Numbered from the stretch's first letter, positions 28,859 through 44,066 are shown. The stretch: DNA of 64,000 nt from Chrysomallon squamiferum (GCA_012295275.1 CM022666.1:16120001-16184000), one strand, 5' to 3'. Numbers and translations: made by a program. The notes: generated by a model not told the origin, from the letters alone.

Positions 28859-28859
28859 C

Positions 28860-28974
28860 CTGCACAGAATTCTTCTTCCAGTCCCACTCTGTTTGCTAAT
28901 TCCCCTTTGTTCTTCCAGGTCACCCACACAAACGCCTCACCCCCAAGTTCACCCTGAGAGCAACGACACTGGAT
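28860..28974 (-). CDS. Exon 4 of the neuropeptide precursor (end of the Cys-rich domain)
   Basis: Acceptor tttttcag ends at 28975; donor G|GTAAAT at 28859. 115 nt, phase 0 to 1. IQCRCSQGELGGEAFVWVTWKNKGELANRVGLEEEFCA. Confidence 0.85.
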
Positions 28975-29182
28975 CTGAAAAATTGGAGAGAAAGAAAAAA
29001 ATGACAGAAAAAAAAAATATAAATATTAACAAAATAGTATTGATTAAATATTAATACGATAATCTTGATGAAAAAAAACATTCAGTTTTCCGATTAAGAA
29101 TCACTGAAGTTATCGTTCGGTCGTATGTTGTATCAGAGTTATGTCCCGTGAATGGTATTTGATTAGAGTTATCGTTCCTCAC

Positions 29183-29282
29183 CTCTTTGAATTTGCGGTT
29201 GTCCTCTTTGATGATCATCTTGGTTGCTGCCTCTTCTGCTTCACACATTGGTAATTCTGAGACCGGTCTGCACATCCCGTAC
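29183..29282 (-). CDS. Exon 3 of the neuropeptide precursor (Cys-rich domain)
   Basis: Acceptor tttctacacttcag ends at 29283; donor GAG|GTGAGG at 29182. 100 nt, phase 2 to 0. (W)YGMCRPVSELPMCEAEEAATKMIIKEDNRKFKE. The other two frames are closed. Confidence 0.85.
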
Positions 29283-30299
29283 CTGAAGTGTAGAAATAAA
29301 GTTTTCCTTAAATACTCTCATTCATATATCTACACTGGTTCCATCTTAAATATTTCAATTTATTCACTGATCCATTCTTTCCTTTGTTCATTAATTCGTT
29401 TATTTGTATTAGGTCGTAGGGCTACGTTTTATTTCCTCATTCCTTCCATTCGTTTATCTATTCACTCGAACATTCATGTTTTTATCATTCATTCGTTCAT
29501 TGGCGTTCTGTTCAATTTTTTCATTCATTCACGCACCGACTGTTTTTTTTTTTTTCTTTTTCCTCCGTGCTTTGTTTTATTTGTTCCGCAATTATTTGCC
29601 TCTTTTGTTATTTCGTCCCTTCATTATTTTGATTTCCTAAGAGACGGACGCAGACGATCAGAAAAGAAAATGGACGAAAAGTAAAAAAAAAAAAAAATGT
29701 ACAAGAATCATTTTCCTTTCTTTCGTAAGGAGTTAAAAATCTTTCAGCTTATCCCTAAAGATAAACACGTAATTAAATACACGAAATAAGAAATCTATAA
29801 ACAGAAAAGAGAAGAAAGTCTGTTTGCTGTATTGAAATATAAAAATATAAAGTTTTCAACTGATTGTGAAATTATCTTGGGCAGATTCTTCAATCAGACA
29901 TCAGTTTACGTTGTTCAGATCAAATTAAGTAAAGAAATTCGTTAGTGGAAGTCAGACTTGCAATGAAGTTCCGTCGATTCCCCGATTCTTAACTCATTCA
30001 TCCACAGATATCCTTTTCATTCATCAGCTCTTCCACATTCATTCAGTCCTCAGATCGTTCAATTATTATTCATGTATCCGAATGCATTATTCTAAAACGA
30101 TATTTTGATCTGAATATTTTTATTTAACACACAGAAAATGAGATAATGCGGATTCCTGTGATGTCAGGACATCAAACATATTCACAGTTTATTTCTGTTT
30201 TGTGAAAATAACTACAAACCGTTTTCTGATAACCTTTATTCGATGGCTATAAATTAAATAAAATTAAAATAACAGTGACACACTCAAGACACTTTATGG

Positions 30300-31060
30300 T
30301 AAACGCTCAAAACAGAAGGGGAGACGTTTACACGAAACTGGGATGACTGAAGAACTGAGGAACGCGAGTAAGTTACGCGTGCTGGCCTAACTGAACACGA
30401 GAGCAAACAATCAGTCGATGACGAGCTTCAGCGAGATGAAAACGTAGTGCACCAGAGGCTTTATCTTCTATCCCTACAAAGGAAACCGGTGGCGACATCT
30501 AGAGGACCTTACTGAAAGCTTTCAGTGAAGACGCAACCAAGTGAACACGATTTATAGTGTTACTTCCGGCAAATGACAAAATGGCTGCCTGTTTTCTTTC
30601 TTGCGTTGACGATCAAGACCATAAATCCATTATATGCAAATCTGGAGTCATCGGCCGTAAAAACACAAGAGCGATCTGTTATAGGTAGGTCAGTGTTGCG
30701 AGAAACAAGCAGATTTCTCGAGCACGGCTCTGCCGTAGTAGTTACTATGACGTCGTGCTGTATAAAGCCTTTAACAACCCCATGATTGAGTGCAGCCCAC
30801 ATTTGACAATACATTGCTGGTGATTAATTCGAACTTGACTACCCAGCTTTGATGGGTTTTCTAGTGGAAAGGAAGACTGGCTATTGATGTTGAGATTGGC
30901 AGCAGTCGGCTCGTGTTACTGAGTACGGCCCGCAATAAAAGAGGACAGAATAGACGAGGACGTTTTGTCTTGGGTTCGTGTCGCTGTGTTAAGATGACAT
31001 CTGTCAAATAAAGGGGCGGGCAGAGGCTAAAAGAGATCTTTTCTCACAGAGACTGCTGTA
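30300..31060. promoter_or_regulatory. CpG-rich intronic patch with ETS, YY1-like, GC-box and CTCF-like motifs
   Basis: ACTTCCGG at 30562, CAAAATGGCTGCC at 30577, AGGGGCGGG at about 31012 and GCGACATCTAGAGG at 30492. Confidence 0.35.
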
Positions 31061-31206
31061 GTGTACTATAACTGTATATGTATTTTTTTACTGTTTATGA
31101 GAAGGTGAAGATAAACCATTACTTGTTGCTTTTCTGTTATAGAAACTCATGGAGTAGGTGTGATTGTTTTCCTCATTCAGATTTTATTAATAACGAAACA
31201 GTAAAT

Positions 31207-31300
<94 letters not shown>

Positions 31301-31569
31301 TGCATAAATGTATGTCATGATAAAGGTTACATGCAAGTTTTCTTTTTTTGCCCCAATTCATGATTAATAAATGTTGATGTCAAATAAAGTAGGCCAGTAT
31401 TGTTACTATCATCATCATCATCATCATCACCATCATCAGTAGTAGTAGTAGTAGAAGAAGTAGCAGCAGCACCACTAGTAATAGTATTAGCAGTACTACT
31501 AGGTAGTAATATTAATAATAGTAGTAGAAGTAGTATTAGAAATCGCGGTAGTAGTAGTATGAGTAGAAA

Positions 31570-31603
<34 letters not shown>

Positions 31604-32619
31604 AGTAGTAGCCAGTAGCAGTAGCTGTAGAACCATAGCCAGTTGTTCATAGATTTATGTCATGGGTTTTCATAATACACAAACAGTCAAAGAAATAATA
31701 ATAATAAACCCGATAAACTTGTTTATATAGTGTTTTGCATATTACGTAAAAGGTAATTTTGATAACGTTAATTACGTCATTGCTGTGTCAGTTTGTAACA
31801 ACAGATCTAATTGGCTATTCCCGAGAGCCTCGTACTGATAGCTGTTGTTTAACTGTAGCTAATTGGTCTTTGCAAAACACAATACATGACTTGAAATACT
31901 GATATATTTAATGGTAGGGTTTTGTTGTTTTACCTTGAGCATGGCAGTTTATTGATGTAGTTACGTAATTACATTTTATTACACGAAAATAACGTGTTTA
32001 TAATTGTTTTTCTTTGACATGTAGCTATTTAGTGGTTTTATTTTGAGCGTCTCAACGTAAACATAATACTTCTTGCGTATTTTATTTAATTGTTAAACTA
32101 CCTGACCTTTCGAATTTCTTATTTACTTGCAGTTAATTTATTAGTAATATGCACTGCTGTTAAACTTGTAATAAATTAACAAACACATACAATACTAATA
32201 CTAATACTAATATCAGCAACAACAACAATAATAATTAAATAAATAAAGTATAAAAATAAATAAAAACAATATTAAAAAAAATACCGAGTAATAATCTATT
32301 TGAAATTTTTAAACTAAGTTAATGAAAAAAAAAAGAAAAAAATTAAAGCGAAAAATAAAACAAAATGAAAAGAAAATAAGAATAAAAAAAAGAAATGATA
32401 AGAAAAGAAAGCAACAGCAACGACAAGATATGATTTACCCAAAATTATTATCAGATATTTAACAGTAAAACCTTTTATCAGTGTTTAGTTAATAAATAAA
32501 AGATGGAAGGAAAGAAAGAAACCAGAAATAAATATGTTTTGCGAGATCTTTTTGATGTTTTTTGTTTCTTTCTTTCAACTGTTTATTTATTTATTTATTA
32601 CTTTATAAATAGCGATTTT

Positions 32620-32685
<66 letters not shown>

Positions 32686-33869
32686 TGTTTATCTTTCCTT
32701 CTTTCTTTGTTTTTTTTCTTTCTATCTTTTCTTTTAATTAATCATGAATCAGTAAATGGAAATATTTATCTACAAAAACTCTTTCTATCTGTCTGTCTCT
32801 CTATCTATCTATCTATATCTATATCTATCAATCTGTTTTTTAACTGATTTTATTCATTATATCAATCAAAGAAAAAAAAAAAAAAAAAAATCAATAAAAG
32901 TGCACCCGCACATTGATTTCGTAACATCGTAACAGCTCGTGCACAGCTTTCTGTTACAGTCCACTATCACATATTACGACTTAACGCAAAGATATCGGAG
33001 TAAAATTGTTTATGCGTTTACAATTGGATTACAGGGATCTGGGAGCTTTTTCTATCGCACCGCGATGACTTGAATACTTTTGGAAAGCGGCTGTAACGTA
33101 AACATCTGTAACACGGTGAATTTGCGACAGGTTGAAAAGTTCACTGATAAAATTGGATGACGCCTCGCCTGCTTGAATCACCCGCTCGAGCCAACTGCTC
33201 ATTAGATTACGCTGCAAACACAGACGTTTCTTTCCACCAACAAAAACAAACATTGTTCTCGCTTTGACGCAACCTGCTGTAAAACCAGCCACACCACTCC
33301 CTCGCTTCTTTCTCTGGGCCTCATTTCTGTCTCTGAGTCTTTTCACGCCACTCCGTCCGTCCATCCATAAAGATGTCAACCAGGTTTCCCATCTATCGAT
33401 CTGTCTATCATGTGTGTTTGTCTGTCTATCCGTCTGTCTTCTATCTCCCTCTATCCGCCTACACATCTATCTACTTATCTGCCTGTCTGTATGCATGTCT
33501 GTCTGTCTGCCTACTTCATTTAAAAAAATACTTAGACAACAGCCTTTTCTAAAGTTAATTCTTAACTATCAACCTTCCATCTATCACACAGTTTACCTGG
33601 ACATCACTTCAAACACTTAAAACACCATCTGATAGGAAACACAGCTACGTAATCCATGCAGTTAATGTTGACATAGCTGTAACAGAGACTCCTTACTGAA
33701 TCTGTATGTGAAACATCATCATCACAACCATGCAACCACGACAACCATACAACAGCCTCAATCATGTACAACCTTCACAACCAGTTGAACCAAAGGACTA
33801 CCGCTAACTTTACAATGTTAAAGAAATTTATTATAACTCCTTCTGTAAACTGTTTATTCATCATCCGCC

Positions 33870-34310
33870 CAACCATACAACCATCCTATCTTCACAACCA
33901 TACAACCATCCCTATCTTCACAACCATGCAACCATCCCTATCTTCACAACAATACAACCATCTCTATCTTCACAACCATACAACCATCCCTATCTTCACA
34001 ACCATACAACCATCCCTATCTTCACAACAATCACAACCATACAACCATCTCTATCTTCACAACCATACAATCATCCTATCTTCACAACCATACAACCATC
34101 CCTATCTTCACAACAATACAACCATCTCTATCTTCACAACCATACAACCATCCTATCTTCACAACCATACAATCATCCCTATCTTCAATACAAATCCCAT
34201 TTTCACAACAATACAACCATTACTTCACAATCAACCCAATCAATCTTCACAACCATACAACCATCCTATCTTCACAACCATACAACCATCCTATCTTCAC
34301 AACCATTACA
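33870..34310. repeat. Minisatellite, 25/26-bp unit CAACCATACAACCATCCCTATCTTCA
   Basis: Visible tandem array just inside intron 2. It explains ORF 33764-34348. Confidence 0.92.
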
Positions 34311-34362
34311 GCCCAACAACCATGCAACAATCTGAGAGTATAAAATAATTTTAAAAACTAAC

Positions 34363-34526
34363 CAGAGCTCGTCTGTAACTTGAAGGGCGTTGTCGCCTGG
34401 TTCGGACGGACACACGTTGTCTCCCGTACACGTGCACACAGCGGTGGACGTCGTGCCGTTCGTTTCAGACGTCGTTATAGCTGAACAGACCGCTCTGTCT
34501 GTGGGACATTCCGGCAGAAAAGAAGC
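34363..34526 (-). CDS. Exon 2 of the neuropeptide precursor (start of the Cys-rich Argos-like domain)
   Basis: Polypyrimidine tract and aag acceptor end at 34527; donor TG|GTTAGT at 34362. 164 nt, phase 0 to 2. ASFLPECPTDRAVCSAITTSETNGTTSTAVCTCTGDNVCPSEPGDNALQVTDEL(W). The phases bridge exons 1 and 3 exactly. Not in the ORF track. Confidence 0.85.
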
Positions 34527-34645
34527 CTTTTAAAAAACACAAAAGAGAGAAAACAGTTGTAGAATTAGTTTACGTGTAAAACAGGGCACATTTTTATGTT
34601 TTAAATAAATAAATAAATAATAATAACAATAAAAGTAAATAAACA

Positions 34646-34759
<114 letters not shown>

Positions 34760-36196
34760 TAAGATATAAACACACAAATACACACAACACCCACACAACC
34801 AGAACATGAAACTAATAAAAACAAGCATGTTAAAGTAAAATCATATCCAGCATTTATTGCACTTCATTAGCGTACAACTTTTAGCCCAGCGATTGCCACA
34901 TGTTTAATTCCGACAACAGCGACGACATCATGGAAGACAAACACTCGACGCCAAAGGGCACACTCTAAAAACAGTTAGCACCAGGCCTAGAGCTTTATTT
35001 GTTGATAAGACTTCAATCAAAGTTTTATTTGCTGGCGTTTACTTTCGAGCAGGTCTCTGCTTAACACGCTCACACGGTTATCGAGCTCGTTAATCGGATT
35101 ACCCGTTCTAACCTTGGACTAATCGCATTGGCGAGGTTTTTGAAATACAGACAGTGGCCCGTAGTGCTGTTCGTCCAGAAACTGAAGAGAGCCGCAAAGC
35201 AGAACATACATACAGTGAACAGACAACTCGACAAAAGAAACACAAACTAATTTAATAAGTTCCGTTTGATCGTACAATTACTACTAGTTTTTAACGAGGT
35301 ACCTAAGTCAAAGGACATAATGGAACAACAGTTTTGACCACAAACGACCCATCCTTTAACAGTATAGAGTACGGACGATAATAGCAATAGTAGTTGTTGT
35401 AGCAGTAGTAGTAGTAGCAGCAGCAGCAGCAACAGTAGGCAGTACATTAGCAGAAGTAATATGATGATGTTGATTGTATTAACAGTAATATTATTTACAG
35501 CAGGCATTATGATATTAATATTGTATAATACTGTTGTGCATTGAAAGTTCAGTATAAATTAATAATAAAGACGGCAATGATATCATTCAATTTATCTCAC
35601 ATTTACCAACGTAATGATTCGTAGTTATAATCACTGCAAATTAAAAAGTATTCGTTGTCCATGAATTAAGAAAGCGTCTCAATGATGACAGTGATAAATG
35701 ATTCGCAGTAACAGGAGTCATAATGACGTAATTACTTCTGTTGTTGTCAACAATTATCAGTTATTTCAGCTCAGTTTGTTGTGTTCGACTGCGCGCGTTA
35801 ATTACATGTTAGCAACTCACGTTACAAACACACGTTCAAAAATCACGTTTCCATCATTCGTTTCAAAGTTGTAATATCACATTACAAATACACCGAACGA
35901 CCTCACCTTACTAACCCTCTTTACGTCATGAAGACAAGTTACCAACTCACGTTACAACAACTCACATTGCTGACACGTTAAGAAATCACGTTTCAAAAAC
36001 GTTACAAAGTTACATTTCAAACTTAAAGAACATTGTGGCTAAAACAGTAACATAATAACAGTTGAAAAAAAAAAAATAATAATAATAATAATTGTCATGT
36101 ACTATTGTGTTTCAGTATGTGATATTGTGAACAACATTCACTGATCTACACTGACTACCAAATAATTAAAAAAAATAAGTAAATAAATAAACAAAA

Positions 36197-36290
<94 letters not shown>

Positions 36291-38169
36291 AAGAAGAAGA
36301 AGAAGAAGAAGAAGAAACAAAAAATAAAAAAGATGTTGCAATATTTAACAGATATTCATTCTGCGACTAAAACAGTGAAATAATTGAAAAAAAAAAAAAA
36401 AATTATCAACTATTATTACATTTCATTCGTACACTGCTGTACAAACTTAACTTGTGCACGACATTCAACCTACACACGTTACAAAAAAAAAAAGAGAAAA
36501 AAAGACGTTACAGAAGTGAAAGGATGTTTAATCGACACGCAGAGGCTAAAACAAACAGCTTCTCATTGACTGAGATCACTCACGTCTTAACATGTCACTC
36601 CGACTGTAATCAGAACTCAAAACAACCCCGCTACTTCGCATTAAACGCGAATTTCAGTCGCTTGAATTTACTGCCCATGTCACCATCGAAAAGCCCCTCA
36701 CTTAATAATGTCTATTTGAAATGTCGGACGTTACTAACAAGGGCTGATGGCAAAGGATTACTCGTGTCGACAAATATTGATCGCAGTTTGAAACCGGATT
36801 GGATAGGAGCAAATTGTGTTTAACGTTCTGATAGAGAAAATATTTCATACGTTTTGTAACGCGACATACAGCTCGAGTACTGTTGTCTTTCAGATGATAA
36901 TTTAGTGTTATTATCAACATTATCATCATAATCATCATCTTTGTTGTTCATCATCTCCATCTTCTTCTTGTTATCATCATCATCATCATAGTTATCATTA
37001 TCATCATCATAAAAAAAAGATTGGCTTCCTCGCGGATCAGTTCCTATCATTTGTGTACGGAGGCAAATTGGAAGACATTAAAAATTAATTATGAATTATA
37101 TCATTTTATTTACGAAAATCATTTTTTATTCTGCTGAACTGAAGCACTGAAGATAAATTAATAACGTTACTCATACTTCTTGAGTCAGAACAATAGCAAT
37201 TTTTTGTTTTTTATTTTTAATACTTTTTATTTGTAAGGTATAAAATTAACGCATATAATTTCGTAACATAGGAAATATAATTATAGAACATAAAATTCCA
37301 TTTACTTTATCTAATTTCATGGGCTGCAGGTTTTTGTTGTTTAAAATTGTTTTACTATTAACAAAACGTATCACACCTCCACGTGTATCATATTCACGGG
37401 ACAGCACAATCAAGCAACAATAGTTTAGTAATCCGGGAATAACCGATAATCTGTCTGATATAGAAACTATGACGAAGATAAAACCTGCGCACTGATACGA
37501 ACGATACTTGAACATAATTTCATCAGACGAGTGATTGATTACATCGATAATTTTGAAACGTTTGACAATTCAGCTGTCACGTTTAATTAAACAATCAAAG
37601 AGTGTGTAGTATTTTCTCTGCGCTTGTTTCTTCAGCTACAAGATTTTATTTTCAGTGTTTCACAAACGTGTTCTTTCTTGTTTTTGTTTCTTCTTGTTTT
37701 TTTTATTTCTTACTGTTTTTGTTCTTCTGGTTTTTGTTAAGTTTTTTTTTGTTTTTTATTCTTGTTTTGTTGCTGCTGTTGTAGTTTTAGTTTTATTTCA
37801 TTGCAGTGCATGTGGTAGTAATGATAATAACACAAACAGTAGTATAAACAGTAAAGTATTATTATTATTATTATTATTATTACTAAAAGTAGCAGCAGTA
37901 GTAATAATAACAGTATTAATAGTTGTAGTAATAGTACTAGTGGTAATAATAGTAAAATAAGCAGAAATAGTTATAACAACAGTAGTAGTAGTAATAGAAG
38001 TAGTAATAGTAATAGTAATAGTAGTAGTAGTTGTAGTAATAGTAAAAGTAGTAGCAGTAAAACTAATAGACGTAGTACTAAAAATGCTACAGTAACAGAA
38101 GTAGCAGTAGTTGTTGTTTTATACTCGTTGTTCTGTCTATGTTTAGTTACATTTCTTGTATTTAATAAA

Positions 38170-38360
38170 GTTGGGTTTAGGCCAGTGGTTAGAGCAAGCG
38201 TCTGCCAGTGAAACTAAATGTGCAGAGAGAATCATTCTTGTTCCAAACTGTAACCTACTATTTAAGAAAGTGGGTTATATATATATTGTTATCAATTATA
38301 AGATTTTTCTAAAATATCCATGTCTTTAATTCACAGAAGAAACACCAGAGGGCGCTAATG
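38170..38360 (+). mobile_element. Possible highly degenerate SINE relic
   Basis: A-box-like GGCCAGTGGTTAGAGC followed by TTCTTGTTCCAA, similar to the core at about 27560, and ending before an A-rich simple repeat. Confidence 0.25.
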
Positions 38361-38494
38361 AATAAACAAACAAATAAATAAATAAACAAATAAATAAATA
38401 AATAAATAAATAAATAAATGAGTAAATAAATAAAATATTTAAATAAATAAATGAGTAAATAAATAAATAAATAAATAAAATATTTAAATAAATA

Positions 38495-38525
<31 letters not shown>

Positions 38526-39224
38526 AAAAGTAAAAGTAAAAAAATAAAAGTGTGATGACGCTTAACTTTAAATGTACCGAGCTGACACTAAACTTTCACG
38601 AGTCTTTCGTTTATTTATTTTATTGTCATTTCTCCCTTTTCATGTTTTCTTCTTTTGTCTTCTTCTTCCTTTATAACAACACTCAATTCACTGTCTAACT
38701 GTTAACATTTGGCTGAATTAAAAACTAATCACAAATGAAAAGCTGAATGCAGTTTACAGTTATTTATTTGGACTATACACATATATACATACACACAAAT
38801 ACACCCACATAAATCTCCTACACAGTATATTAATATAAAGTTAATTCGGTCTTATCTTCATCTGTTGACAGTTCGACTGATGTATACAGGTAAAAGACTT
38901 TTTAGAATGCGTGTACAAAACTCTGATTAACCAGTTCATAGTTGGATGGATAATTTGAGGAAACTGTATGTGTATGGGAACACTGTTATTCGTCTTTGTT
39001 TGCTAAGTAAATTTAACTAATTAGAAACTTTTTGTACGGTTTTTAACGCATTACCGTTATAACATTTAAAACACTGAAATTAAGTTAGAAAGTAAACAAC
39101 AATCTTCCGAATTAAAATTAGTATAAAAAATAATAAGAAAATAACTGGGTTTTTTTGTTGTTGCAGTTCATCTTTTAAGTCTTAAAGTCTTACGTCTTTG
39201 GAATGTTCTGAGGTATAAAGTCAT

Positions 39225-39338
<114 letters not shown>

Positions 39339-40017
39339 TCAGACAGAGGACGGTAATTTAAGATTGCTAATTAGTTTACTACACACTTTATCTTTTAATA
39401 AACAAGTAAATAAATAAAACATGAGGTTTTATTTGATGTTGGTGTAACGCACTAGGGTGACGTTAACCCGTGACTGACTGCAGTTCAAGTTTTTCTTTAT
39501 TTTCAGTGATAAACATCAGTCAATAAGGTAAACAAATAAACAAATAAAACCAAACAAACATCGATATTGAAACGTGAGGAGCAAGCAATACACAGTCACT
39601 TCACCTGGAAAGAGGATATCACGTGACTTCTATAATTTATACGTTAAAGAAGGAATACCATTGTATTCTGTGGCCTGAGAAAAACAAACAAACAAGTAAA
39701 ACCGAAATAAAAAAATAATACGACTTTAATTTATAATCAACTTCCCGTTATCGACAAATTCGACTGGTTCTACTCGCCTACAGTCGATTTTAAACGTTGC
39801 GGAACATATCCTCGGTTCCCGGTCTTCTAGGAAATTGGTTTCGCGGAAAAGTGCAATTAACGAGAACACGCTGATCGACAGAGTTTGTTCATCGCTGTCA
39901 TAATCTTTCTCCCGTACTGACCCAAACTGCCGCTGCTCAAATAACAATTAATTCCATACGTTATTAAACGTAAGTCAAACACTGACAGCGCAGAGTTAGA
40001 GCGATAGCAAGCCGTCG

Positions 40018-40114
<97 letters not shown>

Positions 40115-40266
40115 ATAGCAGATTTATAACGCCAACAACAACAAAAATATGTAATAATAACTGAACAAAATGGCGTGCTGTTTTGTTGCTATACGTCGTT
40201 TCGTTATTAATATAAGGCTGGATGGCAAAAATATAATAAAACAAAACAAACAAACAAACAGACAAA

Positions 40267-40313
<47 letters not shown>

Positions 40314-41412
40314 AAACTAAATTTAATATCAAAATGAAATAAAATCTTTCTTTGTGTTACTAAACATGTATTCAATCATTCTGTAGGGGAAAAGAAATGT
40401 CTATGATGCAGATTTATTTTTCCTGTTCCAATTACACCCTTTCAGTAATGAGTTAATAAACGTGATATTTTGTCCCACCCATTTACAGCAGTGTGATTTA
40501 TTACTGTATTTTTTTAAATTTTAATATCCCATGATGCGCGTGCAAAGCAATACAACTCGTAACTTTTTTGTCTTCATTTTTTTTTTGGCTGATTTCCTGA
40601 AACAGTGAAATAAATTTAAAATCTTCTTCTTCAGTTAACAATATTATACTTTTTTTTTTTTTTTTTTTTTTTTTAAAGTTTTCTTCACCTTTTTTGACAA
40701 TTAACAATGATATTCGAAATTTAAATTATTCAATATCTGTTGCTTTATGGTCTGTGTTCGTTATTATCACTTCACAGTGGTAATATATTTAGATATAAAG
40801 TTTTAAAATTAAAATGTTTTTTGTCCTTGTTTTCAAATAATCGTGGTACAAATGTACAAAGTCCAAGTATTCCAAGAAGACTGCTAGTTAAGTAGAGTTT
40901 ATAACAGCTTCTACTACAACTTCTACAACTACTACAACTACTACTACTGGCGCTGCTGCTTCCTCTACTATACTGCCACTAGTATTGCTACTACCTCCGC
41001 TACCACAACAACTACTACGCCATATTACGACTGCTGTACTGTTATTATAGTTATTACTACAGCTACCACTAGTGTTACTACTACTACTACTATTACAGCA
41101 ACGACTACGACTGCTACTAATACTGCTGCCTATAACTACTATACCATATTATCGCTGCTATGCTATTATTATAGTTATTACGAAAGTTACTACTAGTGCT
41201 ATTATTACAGCTACTACTACAACTACAACTAGAACTACAACAAATGCTACAATTATTATTATCATCGTTATTATTGCTTCTATTATAATTAATTTTATTA
41301 TTATTATTATTACTATTCTTCTTCTTCTTCTTATTATTATTATTACTATTATTCTTATTCTTATTCTTATTATTATTATTATCATCGTTGTTACTGCTTC
41401 TATTATTATTAA

Positions 41413-41459
<47 letters not shown>

Positions 41460-41477
41460 TTATTACTATTATTATTA

Positions 41478-41519
<42 letters not shown>

Positions 41520-42631
41520 GTTGTTGTTGTTGATGCTGCTGTTGCTGTTGTTGTTATTATTAACATTTCAGCTGTGATTAGTTTAACTGCTAATGCTGGT
41601 GTTATATAAGACGTTTTCTATGCATATTTAATACGAGTTTAAAAGCAAATGGATGTGAAATGAAATCATATAATGACTGGTTGTGAATTCTTAATGATGG
41701 TTTGGAGCTCACTGACAACGCCCCGTGCTGCATACGTAACTGTTAATAATTATTATTATCTCGAAAATAATGTATCTGTCGAAGCTAATACTTAACGCGT
41801 TTATTGTATTGTTCTTTCATTTCCCATTGAAAAGGCGCTAAGTGCAAAATCCGACAGTGGGCGTTTGTAAACTGTACTAATTAATTTTTTTCTTTTTCTT
41901 CTTTTTTCTTTATGACATTTTCAAAGTGCACGAATTGTATGTGTGTGTGTGTTTTTTTATTTTTTATTTTTAATTATTATTATTATTATTATTTTTATTT
42001 TTATTCATTAAATTGTTATTTTTATTTATTTCTCTTCCGCATCGTTTTCAGAGTTATATTTTTAAACGCGTCGAAGACAGTCACGTGATCAGCTTTGTTT
42101 GGCGCGAACGTGTCGTGCTGTGATGTATCGGACAGAAGCTGACAGTGACGTAGAACCGAACTCGACAAGCGGAGAGGAACGAGTCCGGTGAAATCCGTGA
42201 CCTCGTGTCGGCGGGTCTAATGCAGTTCCGAGAAAACCCGAGACAAACCTTGCTACCGATCACTTAGAGTCGATGTCAACAAAGTATACACAATCTACAA
42301 CAGTGACAGGAATCTGCCAGCTTACAGACCCACACATACAGACAGACATACACACATATGCATACAAAGAGGCGAACACAGCTAGCTACACAGTGACACA
42401 CACACATACACAAATATACACACACCAACGTACACACACATATACGTACAGACACCTGCATATATAAATTGTTTGTTTTTAATCCTCATTTCACAGATAC
42501 GTTTTAACTGTAATAATTAAACTATTAATTTGTAAATCAAGAAAGTCAAAAATACGAACAGACAAAATTATACCACACCCGTTAATTGTAAAACATAAAA
42601 ATGATCTGTATTTATTACTATAAAAGGAAAG

Positions 42632-42667
<36 letters not shown>

Positions 42668-42756
42668 GAAGTCGATGAAAGTTTTCCATAACATGGAAGA
42701 AAAGGAAGTTGGGTAATGGAAAATATTCCTAGCTATTTCATTTTTTTCTTTCGGTT

Positions 42757-42799
<43 letters not shown>

Positions 42800-43400
42800 T
42801 TATGAAATAAAAGTTAGTATATAAAATAAGATAATGATAAACAAAAACAAATTAACATAACCAAATAACATAAAAAATAACAACAAAACTCAACAACAAA
42901 AAAACAAAAAAAAAAAAAAAAAAAACAAACAAACAAAACAAACGAGCACCCACACAAATAAACACGCAAATAAATAAATAAATAAAAGAAAGATCTAAAT
43001 TCATCCATTAGTTATAGGTAATAATATGACGTTATAACAAAACATCGTAGACAGGGACAGGATTAGAACAAATCACAAAAAGGAAAGGTAAGGAAATTGT
43101 TTGAAATCCAAATTAAAACGTGCGCAGTAGAGCACAGACCTTCTACCTTCAGTAGAACCGTTAATTTATTTATTTACCAAAGCTGATAATAAAAGAGAAT
43201 CAAAACTGTAATTAAAAGCTTGAAATGTGCTTTTATTGTAAAGATTTTGACTCAGTGTTTGTTTATTCATTTATGTATTGTGTGTTTATAGTTATTTATT
43301 TATTTATTTATTTATTTATTTTGTTCAGTTTAAGATGACTAATCTCTGGGATTAGAGCACGATTTGTTTATTTATTTATTTATTTATTTATTATTATTAT

Positions 43401-43485
<85 letters not shown>

Positions 43486-44066
43486 GTTCTGAGAAAATTG
43501 TTCTAGCAAAAATAAAAAAAAAATAAAAAATGAAAATGGAGATAAAATTTTGTAGAAATTTTGAGCGGCAATTTTTAAATTCAATCCGAAAAGTTTTCAC
43601 GTGTCCAACATCATTTAAGATGAAAATGATTTACACTTTAATTCACCATCAGTAATTACAATAATCAGCTCGGAAAACATAAATTGTCTTCAGGAAAAAA
43701 ACTGTTGTTATTTTTTTTATTTTTTTTTGTTCACACAATCTGTGTTAAACTTTGTCTTTCTCGGCATGTTTCAGTGTTCTAACGACGACGTAGGGGGAGA
43801 GTTTAGTTCATACCCACGTGACTTTCTGCGCTGCTGCAGTTCACTGAGATGTATGGGTTTGTCCACGCTCCGTGCTGTCTTAGAGAGCAACAAAGCAGCA
43901 GAAGCGATTCTTCACTCCAGACGTAACCAACATTTCAACTGCTGATCAGTCAGTATGCATGTCCTCTCTTTTATTTAGATCACAGTGCTTCGCTTGTAGT
44001 TATATGTATATGTATGTGTGAGTATATAGATAGATATATAAATAGATACATACATACATACATAGA

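Noticed and set aside
30835-30860. CCAGCTTTGATG resembling the 3' part of miR-2
   Set aside because: The seed (ATCACAG) is absent and there is no extended pre-miRNA hairpin.
33764-34348. 194-aa His/Thr/Gln-rich ORF
   Set aside because: Translation of a 25/26-bp minisatellite antisense to an intron.
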